Origin: Candidatus Micrarchaeota archaeon
GTDB lineage: Archaea; Micrarchaeota; Micrarchaeia; Burarchaeales; JAKAKT01
Length of the DNA stretch: 64,000 bases
Reading direction: 5' to 3'
NCBI GenBank assembly: GCA_021813385.1
Contig: JAKAKT010000090.1
Location: 2,867 to 66,866 of the forward strand
A program made the translations under genes and the position numbers. Under the pieces are notes generated by a model. That model was given only the letters and a program-made list of their open reading frames with translations, was not told where the DNA came from and made no database searches. Within the stretch, counting starts at the first letter, position 1, and every line of letters starts with the position of its first letter. Below, piece by piece: positions 47,053 to 56,741 of the stretch.

Positions 47053-47550
47053 TTATCCCCCGTCTAAGCTAAAGTGTCGGTGGAGGCTGCCCCAGCTGTC
47101 ATTGGACCGTATGTTCTCAAGGAGGTATTCGACCCAGGAGAGGTGCTGCTCTTCCTCTTTTATTACGATGTCGAGGCCCTCGCGCAGCTTCTCGTCGGCG
47201 AATGATTTCGCGACCGTGTAGAACTCTACTGAATGCTTCTCAGTGTCGCGGGCGTGCTCGAGAATCAGAAGGTCGATTTCAGATGCGCTCTTTCCCTTGT
47301 AGTCTTTTGCCTTGGGGAACAATCTTGGAGTCATTAGGAGCTTGACAGAAGTTTTGTCCCCCTTGCCGTGCTTCTTTAGGGCACTCTCGAAAAAAGCCTT
47401 GTGCCTCTTCTCCTCATTCGCGAGGAAAACGAGCGTCCCCCTGCCGTTCTCGTCCTTTATCCTCTTTGCCGACTTGGTGTAGAAGTTGATTCCCTCTTTT
47501 TCAATGCTGATTGCAGTATGCAGTATGTCCCTTATGTTCATGAAAATCAC
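47053..47550 (-). CDS. ferritin-like/rubrerythrin-family diiron domain protein
   Basis: AISIEKEGINFY ... EEKRH ... EHARDTEKH ... EEEQH: paired E/ExxH ligand pattern of ferritin-like diiron proteins. Confidence 0.55.
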   Translation of the reverse strand: MIFMNIRDILHTAISIEKEGINFYTKSAKRIKDENGRGTLVFLANEEKRHKAFFESALKKHGKGDKTSVKLLMTPRLFPKAKDYKGKSASEIDLLILEHARDTEKHSVEFYTVAKSFADEKLREGLDIVIKEEEQHLSWVEYLLENIRSNDSWGSLHRHFSLDGG

Positions 47551-47562
47551 CTTTGTCCGGCG

Positions 47563-49479
47563 TCATGCCGGGCCATATTCGACAATGGCCCTGAGCCATT
47601 CAGCGACCCCCCACGCCTGGGAGAAGCAACCCCTGGCTTCGAGGGTCTTCGCATCGAAAAGCTCAGGAACAGTCCCCATTCCATTTTCCTCAACGAATCC
47701 TTTTAAAGGTTTAAGGATTTCCGATACCGCGTCCCTCCCCTTCACCCTTGCGCACGCATCCGCATAAGGCCCGATAAGCCAGCTCCAAACCGCCCCATTG
47801 TGGTAGGCAATATCCCGATTGCGCCTGTCTCCAACGTAAGGGCCACGGTATTTTTGGTCGGATTTCGAAAGGGAGCGCAACCCGTAGGGGGTGAGGAGTT
47901 CTCTTTCAACAGAATCCAAAACATCCCGTTCCTGCTCGCTGTTTAGAATTCTGAACGGAAGCGAAACCGCAAATATCTGGTTAGGCCGTTTTGATGAATC
48001 GATTGGATCGATTGTGTCGAAGAGGCACTTGCCCGTACTGTTCCAGAATTTGCCAAAGCTCGCCTTGGCAGAGCCTGAAAGCTCATTCAACTCGTGGGCT
48101 AGGGCCCGCTCGCCGAACCTGTTCGCAAGAGCATGGGCAATTTCGAGGGAATTGCACCAGAGTGCGTTTATCTCGACGGGCTTGCCGTTCCTCGGGGTCA
48201 CCGGGCTTCCATCGACAAACGCATCCATCCAGGTGAGCCCCGGTCCGCATGAAATCAGGAAGTCGGCATCCATGCGGACCCCGGTTGTCCCGTGCCGATA
48301 AGCGCTGATTATCTCTTTTATTTTGCCCCAAATCCTCTCCTTGAAAAACGCCTCGTCCCCGGTTTTCTCAAGATATTTGTTTGAAGTGAGAATGAACCAG
48401 AGCGAAGCGTCTGCTGAGTTGTAGGATGCGCCCTCCCCATTGTCGGAGAATACGTTGGGGACAAGCCCGTTAGCGATTTTCTGTGCGAATGTGTCGAGGA
48501 CTGACCTCGCGAATTCGCCCCTGCCTGCGCAGAGGGCGAGGCCAGGAAGCGATATCATCGAGTCCCTGCCCCAGTCTGCGAACCAGTGGTAGCCGGCAAT
48601 GACGGTCCCTGAGTGCGTCGAGCGCCTTTTCACGAGAAATGAGTCCGCCGAATACGCCAGGGACTCTGGGGCCTTATGCGCTTTCTCCCTGAGCGCCTTG
48701 AGCCTCACAAGCTCAGTCCTGTAGATGGCATCTGGATTTTCCTTTATCGCGGGCCCGTCAGTGGCGATTATGTGAAAAGTTGAATGGCCATTAATCGAAA
48801 TAGAAAAGGCCCCGGGGCTGAAGTGATTGTCCGAATCCCCCTCGCCCCTCGCTGTCTCGAGGTCGTAGAGCATGTTCAGGTACCAGGTTTCTGTCTGGGA
48901 GAACGCGCAATGGTCTGACTCGAGAAAAAGGCATTGCCTATTGCCATTTTTTATCGCCGTGCCATTCGGGCCGGATAACTGCGATAACGGGAGCCGGCTG
49001 TTCGTGTTAGCGTGAAAGTCCCTGTCGTTTGTGAGAGGGACAAGCGATATCTCGAGAGGTTCCGCGGACTGGACGTCATATCTGACAATCGTTGCATTTT
49101 TCCCGTGGACCATAAAGACTGTTTTTCGTATTTTCGCCCCCCCGACAGAATACTCGAATGTCGGAACGGGGTTCAGCGAAAAAGAAACCTGGTGCTCGTG
49201 GCCCTTGGGGTAAATCACTCCGGGGTATTTGTTCGTCGAAAGGGCGTATTCCTTTCCCCTGATTTTAACCGTCTCCTCAAGTTTCGAGAGGAGGAGCCTG
49301 CGCTCCACGGGCGGGTTGAGCGACGCCACCAGGAGGCCGTGGTATTTCCGCGTGTTGGCCCCGATTATCGTCGAGGATGCATATCCCCCGAGCCCGTTCG
49401 CCACAAGCCATTCTTTCTCTTTGGCAGACTCGTAGTTGAGCTGCTCCCTCCCTATTGCGACCATGAGACACTCTCTCAC
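47563..49479 (-). CDS. glycogen debranching enzyme (amylo-alpha-1,6-glucosidase, archaeal/bacterial GDE type)
   Basis: GYHWFADWGRDSMISLPGL signature of the GDE C-terminal (alpha/alpha)6 catalytic domain. N-terminal GDE_N-like region. Confidence 0.8.
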   Translation of the reverse strand: MRECLMVAIGREQLNYESAKEKEWLVANGLGGYASSTIIGANTRKYHGLLVASLNPPVERRLLLSKLEETVKIRGKEYALSTNKYPGVIYPKGHEHQVSFSLNPVPTFEYSVGGAKIRKTVFMVHGKNATIVRYDVQSAEPLEISLVPLTNDRDFHANTNSRLPLSQLSGPNGTAIKNGNRQCLFLESDHCAFSQTETWYLNMLYDLETARGEGDSDNHFSPGAFSISINGHSTFHIIATDGPAIKENPDAIYRTELVRLKALREKAHKAPESLAYSADSFLVKRRSTHSGTVIAGYHWFADWGRDSMISLPGLALCAGRGEFARSVLDTFAQKIANGLVPNVFSDNGEGASYNSADASLWFILTSNKYLEKTGDEAFFKERIWGKIKEIISAYRHGTTGVRMDADFLISCGPGLTWMDAFVDGSPVTPRNGKPVEINALWCNSLEIAHALANRFGERALAHELNELSGSAKASFGKFWNSTGKCLFDTIDPIDSSKRPNQIFAVSLPFRILNSEQERDVLDSVERELLTPYGLRSLSKSDQKYRGPYVGDRRNRDIAYHNGAVWSWLIGPYADACARVKGRDAVSEILKPLKGFVEENGMGTVPELFDAKTLEARGCFSQAWGVAEWLRAIVEYGPA

Positions 49480-49573
49480 CGAGTATTTTTAAAGAAATGC
49501 CTAAAAACTTACCTCGATGTCTCGACGAAAAATATATATACCTATCCGTCGATACACTTTCGAGGTGAACCTC

Positions 49574-49789
49574 ATGGGAAAGAGAGTTGGTAAGGAGAAA
49601 GTAGACAGGGAGCCCGGGTATCTTTATTTCGTCGGAAAAGACGGCTATGTTTGGAGGGCCCCGATGAAGAGGAACAAGAAGGGAAGCAAGAAGAAAGTCG
49701 GAACCGAGAAAATCGACAAGAAGTCCGGCTTCATGTACTACCTCGACAAGGGCGGGTACGTTGCGGAAGCTGAGATGAAGAACGCTTAG
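49574..49789 (+). CDS. small basic protein with internal duplication
   Basis: Two ~27-aa repeats: GKEKVDREPGYLYFVGKDGYVWRAPMK and GTEKIDKKSGFMYYLDKGGYVAEAEMK. TATATATA box 37 nt upstream of ATG 49574. Confidence 0.4.
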   Translation: MGKRVGKEKVDREPGYLYFVGKDGYVWRAPMKRNKKGSKKKVGTEKIDKKSGFMYYLDKGGYVAEAEMKNA

Positions 49790-49841
49790 GTTTCTCTTCG
49801 AGACCTTTTTTCTTTTTTTGTTTTTTATTTTTATTCCCTAC

Positions 49842-50489
49842 TCACTTACTTGTTCTTGTGTATTCCATAGAATACCCAACAATATCCGCGAACGTCTTCA
49901 GAACGAGAGAAGCTGTCATCAGCAATTGATTCCCGAAAAAAACGAAAAGAACCCATCCGAAGAGAATGGCCAAATTCATTGGGATAACCCTGACATAAGG
50001 GAACCAGAAGAGTTTCCATAGCTCGGAACCGTCCATATTCAACCCTTTGTTTTTTATGAAGTTGTTATAATACGAGAAGAGGTGGCTAACGAAGAAGGCC
50101 ATAATGCTAAAAGCGATCAATGTCACCTCACTAATCTTTTGCGGCGTATCAGGTACTGCAAACATAAAAAACCAGGTATAAGATGCAAGAAAAACGAACA
50201 TGAAAAAGCCATAATGGAAAAAGAAAAATGTTCCGAGCACTAGTCTGGCAAACTTAAGCTGCTTAGTCGGGGCCAATCCCGGGGCGTAGATTCGCACTTC
50301 ACCAGTAACGTTTGCCGTAAACATCTTCAACAGATTGAAAAATCCAATGATGGCGCTCTGGAGACAAAAAATCAAAAGCAGTGTGGCGAAGTTCCAGTTT
50401 TCTAATACTGCGAAAAAAATCGTCACGAGGTTCGCTAGCAACAAGGCCCACAACGATTTATCTTTCCAGTTTATCCTCATTATGTTCAT
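49842..50489 (-). CDS. hypothetical polytopic membrane protein
   Basis: 215 aa, Phe-rich, ~6 TM helices. Confidence 0.45.
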   Translation of the reverse strand: MNIMRINWKDKSLWALLLANLVTIFFAVLENWNFATLLLIFCLQSAIIGFFNLLKMFTANVTGEVRIYAPGLAPTKQLKFARLVLGTFFFFHYGFFMFVFLASYTWFFMFAVPDTPQKISEVTLIAFSIMAFFVSHLFSYYNNFIKNKGLNMDGSELWKLFWFPYVRVIPMNLAILFGWVLFVFFGNQLLMTASLVLKTFADIVGYSMEYTRTSK

Positions 50490-51022
50490 CTAGTTCCACT
50501 CTTGTAAAGCGATTTCCCCTTCGAATCAATCGCAACGATGAGGGGGCCGAAGTTCTCTACCTCCAACTCCCATACTCCCTCGGCCATTCCCAGGTCTGGC
50601 CAGTGCAACGCGACGACCCGCTTGACCATCGAAGCCCCGACTGCCGCGCAGCCGCCCGTGAAAGCGAGGTAAACGCATCTCCCCTTCATCGCCTCGACCA
50701 CTTTCTTTCCCATGCCCCCCTTGCCGACTATCGCCCTGGCCCCGAACCGTTCAATCACATCCGGCTCGAAATCGTCCATCCTCGAGCTTGTAGTCGGGCC
50801 GAATGAAATGCACTTCCAGTCTCCATCCTCGTTTTTCATAATCGGGCCTGCGTGGAAAAGGACGAGCGAGTCCTCGAATTTGAAGGGCAATTTCTTCGCC
50901 TTCAGCATTCTTTTGTGTGCTGCGTCCCTAGCCGTGAATATCCTTCCTGATAGAAAGACGGTGTCCCCGCATCTCAGGGCGCGGATTGTTTCAAGTGAAA
51001 TCGGCGCGTTTATTTTCTTCAT
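50486..51022 (-). CDS. fumB: class I fumarate hydratase, beta subunit (C-terminal domain)
   Basis: FGPTTSSRMD and GKGGMG blocks typical of the tartrate/fumarate Fe-S hydro-lyase beta region. Confidence 0.85.
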   Translation of the reverse strand: MKKINAPISLETIRALRCGDTVFLSGRIFTARDAAHKRMLKAKKLPFKFEDSLVLFHAGPIMKNEDGDWKCISFGPTTSSRMDDFEPDVIERFGARAIVGKGGMGKKVVEAMKGRCVYLAFTGGCAAVGASMVKRVVALHWPDLGMAEGVWELEVENFGPLIVAIDSKGKSLYKSGTR

Positions 51023-51026
51023 CGCA

Positions 51027-51881
51027 TCAAACCATCCAGGTATGCCCGTGCCTCCTCAAAGCGATGCTCGCTCTCCTGTCAGCCCAGCAAGAGAGGGCGA
51101 GCGCAATGGGCATCGTGGCGGTGTGGCAAGAAGCGGATTCGATGTTTACTGCGAGGGCAGTAGTTCTGCCCCCGAGGCCCATCGGGCCTATCCCGGTCCC
51201 ATTAACGAGAGAGAGAAGCCTCCCCTCCAGGAGAGCGAGACGCTTATCCTTGTTTTTTTCGCGGAGCGGGCGGATGCTTGCGATTTTGGCGAGCTCGAGG
51301 CATTTTTCGCTGGTCCCCCCAACCCCTATCCCGAGGATGTATGGGGGGCATGGCTTCCCGCCCATCGCAGTTACTTTTTCGAGAACTAGCTTTTCAATTT
51401 CCTTCTCGCCTGAGCCCGGCCTAATCATCCAGAGCGCACTCATATTCTCGGTGCCGGCTCCTTTTGGGGCAAATGTGATTTCCAAGTGGCTCCCGTCGAA
51501 GAGAGAGTAGTGAACTACTGGGATTCCTGCCCCTGAATTGTCGAGGGAATTCTCGCGAGACAGCGGCTCGACGATATTCGGCCTCAGTATTGACTTTGAG
51601 GTGGCAATCCTCACCGCTTGCCGAAGTTCCCCTTCGATATCGAAAACATGGTCGCATCTTCGCCCGATTCGCACAAAAAAAACCGGAACACCCGTATCCT
51701 GGCAGATGGGAACGTTTTCCTTTCTGGCAAGCCCGATGTTTTTGAGCATCAGGGAGATGTTCGCCTTGGCTATGCTGCTCTTCTCTTTCCTGCCAGCGGC
51801 CAAGAGGGCATTTTCGACATCGCCAGGCAGGTGCGTAACGCCCTTCTCGATAAGCTTCACGAGGATTTCCCGAAGGTACAT
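51027..51881 (-). CDS. fumA: class I fumarate hydratase, alpha subunit (N-terminal domain)
   Basis: CQDTGVPVFFV Fe-S hydro-lyase alpha signature. Confidence 0.85.
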   Translation of the reverse strand: MYLREILVKLIEKGVTHLPGDVENALLAAGRKEKSSIAKANISLMLKNIGLARKENVPICQDTGVPVFFVRIGRRCDHVFDIEGELRQAVRIATSKSILRPNIVEPLSRENSLDNSGAGIPVVHYSLFDGSHLEITFAPKGAGTENMSALWMIRPGSGEKEIEKLVLEKVTAMGGKPCPPYILGIGVGGTSEKCLELAKIASIRPLREKNKDKRLALLEGRLLSLVNGTGIGPMGLGGRTTALAVNIESASCHTATMPIALALSCWADRRASIALRRHGHTWMV

Positions 51882-51891
51882 TTCATTAGCC

Positions 51892-52359
51892 TCAGAACTT
51901 TGTGATTATGGAATCAACGATTCCCCCGCTCAGGAGGAAGAGCGCGCTGAGCATTGCAGAGTAGAATGAAAGCTTCCTGAAAAAAGCCCTTGCACCGACG
52001 CTCTTCTTGCCAAATGTCACCTCGGTGTAGTGGCCGTAGGAACCGCTGATGGAGAAGAGAAGGAGGCTCGTAAGTGCGAGAATGAAGCCTACGGGTATGA
52101 TGATGCGCTGGTAGTTTTCCTGCATGTTTGAAAAGCCGCCGAACTCCCCCATTTTATAGCTTGGCCTGTAGAACAGGTTCGCGAGTATTGCCGCCAGAAT
52201 GCACAGGAATGAGAACACGAGCAATATTAAAAGAACCCTCCGGCCCTCGTCATCCCAGAGGCTCGATATAAGGGGGACCCTTACCAAAGAACCTTCTCCG
52301 GGTTTCTTTTCCGGGGGCGGGGATTTCTTTGCCTCTTTCTTGGTTTCGGGTTTTTTCAT
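51892..52359 (-). CDS. hypothetical membrane protein with Lys/Pro/Glu-rich N-terminus
   Basis: 155 aa, 3-4 TM helices. Confidence 0.4.
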   Translation of the reverse strand: MKKPETKKEAKKSPPPEKKPGEGSLVRVPLISSLWDDEGRRVLLILLVFSFLCILAAILANLFYRPSYKMGEFGGFSNMQENYQRIIIPVGFILALTSLLLFSISGSYGHYTEVTFGKKSVGARAFFRKLSFYSAMLSALFLLSGGIVDSIITKF

Positions 52360-53031
52360 TCAATCACAAACAACTGTCCCGGAATGTTTTTTCCCAAGGA
52401 GCGCTGCCTCTATGTCACTGGTTCCTATGAAATGGGCCTCAATTCCAGAGCGCGCGATTATTTTGCAGGCGAAGGAATCGAATACGAAGTTCTCGCCTGG
52501 CTTCCTCGAGTCGCCTTTGGAAGCGAGCCCCGAGAGCTCTTGGAATTTCATCTTCGAAATCTTCCTGGCTGATGAATCCTTCCTTGGGTCAGCCGTGTAA
52601 ATCCCGTCAACGTTGCTTATGTTCACTATGCGCCCGGCCCCAAGAAGTTCCGCGAGCAGTGCGGCGTCAGTGTCAGTTGTTATCCCCGGTATCGTTCCCC
52701 CCATCACTACAATCTTGCCAGTGCTCGCAGAGAGCGCTGCTTCCTCGAATGTTTTCGGGACAGCGGGCCATGCATTTTTCCCAAGCGCTGCAATCAGAAG
52801 CGATGCGTTCTGCCGGGTCGCGAGAATCGCCGCCTTGTCTGCGAGGAACTGCGAGCCCCCCAGTTCCCTAATCGCGCCTGCATAGGCCCGGGCAGGCTTG
52901 CCCCCCCCGGTGACGATTGCAAGCGGGTTCTTCGAGTGCACCCTGATGAAAACCCGCGAGAGCTCCCTCAGGAACTTCTTGTCCGGCTCGCCGGGGTTTA
53001 TTACGCTCCCGCCTACAGAAACGATTATCAA
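52360..53031 (-). CDS. pyrH: uridylate (UMP) kinase, archaeal type
   Basis: IVSVGGSVI ... AIVTGGGKPAR ... amino-acid kinase fold blocks of archaeal PyrH. Confidence 0.85.
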   Translation of the reverse strand: MIIVSVGGSVINPGEPDKKFLRELSRVFIRVHSKNPLAIVTGGGKPARAYAGAIRELGGSQFLADKAAILATRQNASLLIAALGKNAWPAVPKTFEEAALSASTGKIVVMGGTIPGITTDTDAALLAELLGAGRIVNISNVDGIYTADPRKDSSARKISKMKFQELSGLASKGDSRKPGENFVFDSFACKIIARSGIEAHFIGTSDIEAALLGKKHSGTVVCD

Positions 53032-53129
53032 CGCACCACCTCAATCCCGAGAAACGAAAAACCATGATGTTATCGCGGCTTCTTCGCGCCTCAGTAGGTA
53101 TATTATATAAACCATTCATAAATATTCGC

Positions 53130-53702
53130 ATGGCAAAGGAAAGCAAGGTCGAAAAGGAAATCGCGGGGATGGCCCTTGAACTCAAGAAGCGGGAGGGGGC
53201 GCAGGACGAACTTTTGAAATTGACGAGGGAGCTTGTCAGGGAATGCTCAATAGCGGTCAAGCTCGTCCATTCGTGGGATTACGACGGGGCCGGGGGGCAG
53301 GTCGGGAAGGCGAAGGCGCTCCTCGCGAAAATAAGGAAACTCGAGGCAGGCTTCGAGCACATCGTTTCCCAGTCATACCAGGAATACGCCGAGATATCGA
53401 TTCTGATGGCAATTGTTAAGAAAAAGGAAAGCCCGACCCACCGGGAGCTCGGGATTCCCTTCGAGTCCTTCATGACCGGCCTTCTTGACTGCATCGGGGA
53501 ATTGAGGAGGCAGATGCTTGAGGAGCTGAGACGGGGGAAGAAGAAGGAGGCGAACTACTATTTCGAAACCATGAGCCGGATGTACGAGGCGACGATTCCG
53601 CTCCGGTTCTCCAATTCGATACTGCCGAACTTCCGGAAGAAGCAGGATGTGGCAAGAATGCAGGTGGAGAGCGCGCGAAGCGAGCTGCTTCGAAGCGGGT
53701 GA
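53130..53702 (+). CDS. hypothetical alpha-helical protein (possibly translin-like)
   Basis: ~190 aa, all-helical, acidic/basic heptads. Translin resemblance is weak. TATA-like TATATTATATAAA ~25 nt upstream of ATG 53130. Confidence 0.3.
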   Translation: MAKESKVEKEIAGMALELKKREGAQDELLKLTRELVRECSIAVKLVHSWDYDGAGGQVGKAKALLAKIRKLEAGFEHIVSQSYQEYAEISILMAIVKKKESPTHRELGIPFESFMTGLLDCIGELRRQMLEELRRGKKKEANYYFETMSRMYEATIPLRFSNSILPNFRKKQDVARMQVESARSELLRSG

Positions 53703-53772
53703 ATGGCGATTGAATTGGGATTGCAAATTATGAAAATGCAAGCAGAAGCGAAATTTGTTGTGGGGTGCTGGG

Positions 53773-54477
53773 ATGATATCTGTCGTGATACCGACGCTGA
53801 ACGAGGAGAAATTCGTGAGGATGTGCCTTGAGTCGCTGAAGAAGCAGGATTACAAGGGCGAATACGAGATAATACTGGTCGATGGCCACAGCACTGACAA
53901 GACCGCCTCAATAGCGAAGGAATACACGGACCGGGTCCTCCTCTTGCCTCCAAAAGGCCCGGGAATGGCGAGGAACTACGGGGCGACGCAGGCGAAGTAT
54001 CCTGTTGTTGCGTTCATAGACGCGGATTGCCTTGCACCGCCGAATTGGCTCTCGAGGGTCGAGGAGGATTTCAGGGACCCGAAGCTCGTCGGGCTGGGCG
54101 GAGTCCTGAGGCCGCAGGAGGGCCTTGCCCTGGACAAGGTGATGTTCAAGGTCAATTCCGACTGGTGGGTGAGGCTGTCGGCTATTTTTGGGATATACCA
54201 GCTCTACGGGAACTGTTGCGCGTACCGCAAGGACAAGTTCTTCGAGCTCAAGGGGTTCGACACTAATGTAAGCTTCTGGGAGGACACCGAGCTGTCGATG
54301 AGGATGAAGAAAATCGGGAAGCTCCATATAGACGGCGGATGGTGGGTCGAAACCTCTACGCGGAGGTTCAGGCAGATGGGTTACCCGAAGGTGTTCTGGG
54401 TGAACCTCAAGGCATTCGTGAGCTTCTCACTCCACAGGCCGATAAAGACGAAGTACTTCCAGGAGATAGAGCATTGA
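53773..54477 (+). CDS. GT2 family glycosyltransferase
   Basis: ISVVIPTLNEE ... ILVDGHSTD ... IDADC (DxD) motifs. Confidence 0.8.
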   Translation: MISVVIPTLNEEKFVRMCLESLKKQDYKGEYEIILVDGHSTDKTASIAKEYTDRVLLLPPKGPGMARNYGATQAKYPVVAFIDADCLAPPNWLSRVEEDFRDPKLVGLGGVLRPQEGLALDKVMFKVNSDWWVRLSAIFGIYQLYGNCCAYRKDKFFELKGFDTNVSFWEDTELSMRMKKIGKLHIDGGWWVETSTRRFRQMGYPKVFWVNLKAFVSFSLHRPIKTKYFQEIEH

Positions 54478-54498
54478 GAATCTGCTTGGGCCACAACA

Positions 54499-56700
54499 TC
54501 ATTTAACGTTGTAGCAGTTCTCGCCCTGCTTCGCCCCAGTAACGCCATAGCTAACGACACAGGTCATGTTATAGAATTGGTTGTAGTAAATCTCTGAAGT
54601 GCCAGAGAACGCGCCATCCCATGCGGTCTCTGTCCTGTTGGCATGGCACCACCAGTTCCCAATGAGTATGTCCCCCCGGTAATCCTCTATGCCGGTTATA
54701 GTATAGTCGCGTCCATCGAAGCGCTTCGTAACCCCTGGGACACAATAGAACTGGAAGCAGTATGGGCCCCTCCACGATGTATCATACGTGACGTTGAAGC
54801 GGAGGGTTTTTGCGTATAAAATTTCGCCTTTTTCAATCTCATACCCGCCATAACCGAAGAGCACGAGCTTCCTTTCCACCGTGTCCTTCGCGTAGAGGTC
54901 GCCGAATGCGCCGCTCATTGTCGCAATGCAATCAACTGACGAATGGGCTGCAGCCCTGCAGGTGGAATCTGCCTCAGACCGCAGCCTGAGCGCGCCTTCA
55001 GCAAAGACCGTCATGGGCTCATTGAGCGGGTTGTTTATCCTCACCCGGACGATATAGTTCTCGCAGTTGAATGTCGAGTAATACTTGGGCTCGTCCGAGA
55101 GGAAAAACGCGTCAGCATCAAGCGGCTTATAAGTCGAGGAGCATGTTCCGCAGTCCTGTGGGCAAGAGAAGCACTCTTCCCCGCTTTCGCAGAACCCGTT
55201 CCCGCAGCAGCCCTTAAGGGCTACGATTGCGCACTCGCCGTCTAAGCAGGTCTTCTGCTTGCAATTGGAAGGAGGGGGGAGTATCTTGAACCCTTTAATT
55301 GCCGAGTCGAAGAGCAAATAGTCCCTGTCGTACGACCCTCTTAGGGCGGTGTACTCTAGCTTGTATGCCCGGCCTTTTCTGTAGGATATCACGGTCTTTT
55401 GCTTGATGGGAAATCCCTGGCTAACGAAGCTGACTGCATAATATTTCGCCGCATTGCCATCGAGGGTTTGGTCGCCCGAGTCCAGGAGCGAATAGCCGGA
55501 AACGTTTCCGACTTGGGAAAGCGATTCGCTGACATAGTCGCCAAGCAGGTATGTCGGGACCGTGGGCATGAGGTATACGGCTATGCTTGGCAGGAATGGT
55601 TCTTTCTGGCATCCGCGCCAGGGGAATAGCCTGAACTTCACTGGGTCGTATTTTTGCTTGGTCTCCACAAACCCGAGCATGTATGTCCTGCCTTGATAGA
55701 TGAAATATTGGTGGGTTTGCGCCTCCGGCTCCCATTCCCCGGACCTGTTCGAGAATCCTGTTATATGGAGTGTTATCAACAGGTCATCGACGTTCTTTTT
55801 CTCCTCATATCCGAACGTCATGTTGACCATTGTTGCACCGAGCAGCGTTATCTCTGAGCCTGAGCCTGATGCAAAAACGATGTCCGCTTTCACTTCGTCA
55901 ACGAATTCGGTCCCATGGTAACGGATTGGAGCGATGAGAACATAGGCGGCTGAGCCGGGGTCGGAAGTCTTGTTCGATATTTTGAAAACCAGGCCGTTGA
56001 AGGCATCCGTAGTCTGCGGATTGCCGACGACCGGGAAGATTGAATAGCCGTTGATCACATCGGTATAGAGCCCGTCTTCGAAATACGACCCCTCGGAACA
56101 GTTCTGTTTCTCCTCCGGCCCTAGAAGAAGCACCCCTCCCTCGTTCTTCTTTGAATCCTCATCAAGTCTCCAGCTTTCAGGCACGTTGGTCCCGAACATG
56201 TATTTTACATTAGAATACCCCGGGAAATCGGTGTAGCCTGAACATCCGACCATGTTTTGGCTCCTTCCGTTGTGGGTGCAGTTGAAACCGGTTTCTGGAC
56301 CGCACGCATCCAGGGTGCATGGATTCCCATCGTCGCAGTCAGGCGGGCATGAGCCACAGTCACCAAGGCAGTTGTCGCGATTCTCCCCGCTTTCGCAGAT
56401 TCCATCCCCGCAGCAAGGAATCTTCACCGTGTGGCTGCATTCGTAGCCCGTGTCCTTGCCGCACTTGTCGATGGTGCATTTGTTCCCATCGTCGCAGCTT
56501 GACGGGCAGAGGTCCGCCTCGCATAGGGTTGGGTCCAGAACAATCGTCCCGTCGGGGCATGTGAAGTTCTGGGTGGGGGTGGAATTGGTCGTGTTTGTTG
56601 TGTTTGGTTGAGGCCCAGGACCACCGCCGCATCCTAAAAGCAAAACTGAACAAAATAGTAACAACGCCAATTTTTTCATGATAATTGTTAATGCGAGCAT
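54499..56700 (-). CDS. large cysteine-rich secreted lipoprotein
   Basis: Signal peptide ending LLGCGGG. Repeated CPxxCDDGNxCTxDxCG...C.H and CCG(D/N)G(I/F)CESGE modules. 733 aa. Paralogous modules occur in the 3403-4560 protein. Confidence 0.65.
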   Translation of the reverse strand: MLALTIIMKKLALLLFCSVLLLGCGGGPGPQPNTTNTTNSTPTQNFTCPDGTIVLDPTLCEADLCPSSCDDGNKCTIDKCGKDTGYECSHTVKIPCCGDGICESGENRDNCLGDCGSCPPDCDDGNPCTLDACGPETGFNCTHNGRSQNMVGCSGYTDFPGYSNVKYMFGTNVPESWRLDEDSKKNEGGVLLLGPEEKQNCSEGSYFEDGLYTDVINGYSIFPVVGNPQTTDAFNGLVFKISNKTSDPGSAAYVLIAPIRYHGTEFVDEVKADIVFASGSGSEITLLGATMVNMTFGYEEKKNVDDLLITLHITGFSNRSGEWEPEAQTHQYFIYQGRTYMLGFVETKQKYDPVKFRLFPWRGCQKEPFLPSIAVYLMPTVPTYLLGDYVSESLSQVGNVSGYSLLDSGDQTLDGNAAKYYAVSFVSQGFPIKQKTVISYRKGRAYKLEYTALRGSYDRDYLLFDSAIKGFKILPPPSNCKQKTCLDGECAIVALKGCCGNGFCESGEECFSCPQDCGTCSSTYKPLDADAFFLSDEPKYYSTFNCENYIVRVRINNPLNEPMTVFAEGALRLRSEADSTCRAAAHSSVDCIATMSGAFGDLYAKDTVERKLVLFGYGGYEIEKGEILYAKTLRFNVTYDTSWRGPYCFQFYCVPGVTKRFDGRDYTITGIEDYRGDILIGNWWCHANRTETAWDGAFSGTSEIYYNQFYNMTCVVSYGVTGAKQGENCYNVK

Positions 56701-56741
56701 ATTTATAATTTCTGCGAAATGAATAAAGAGGAGGTTTTCTC

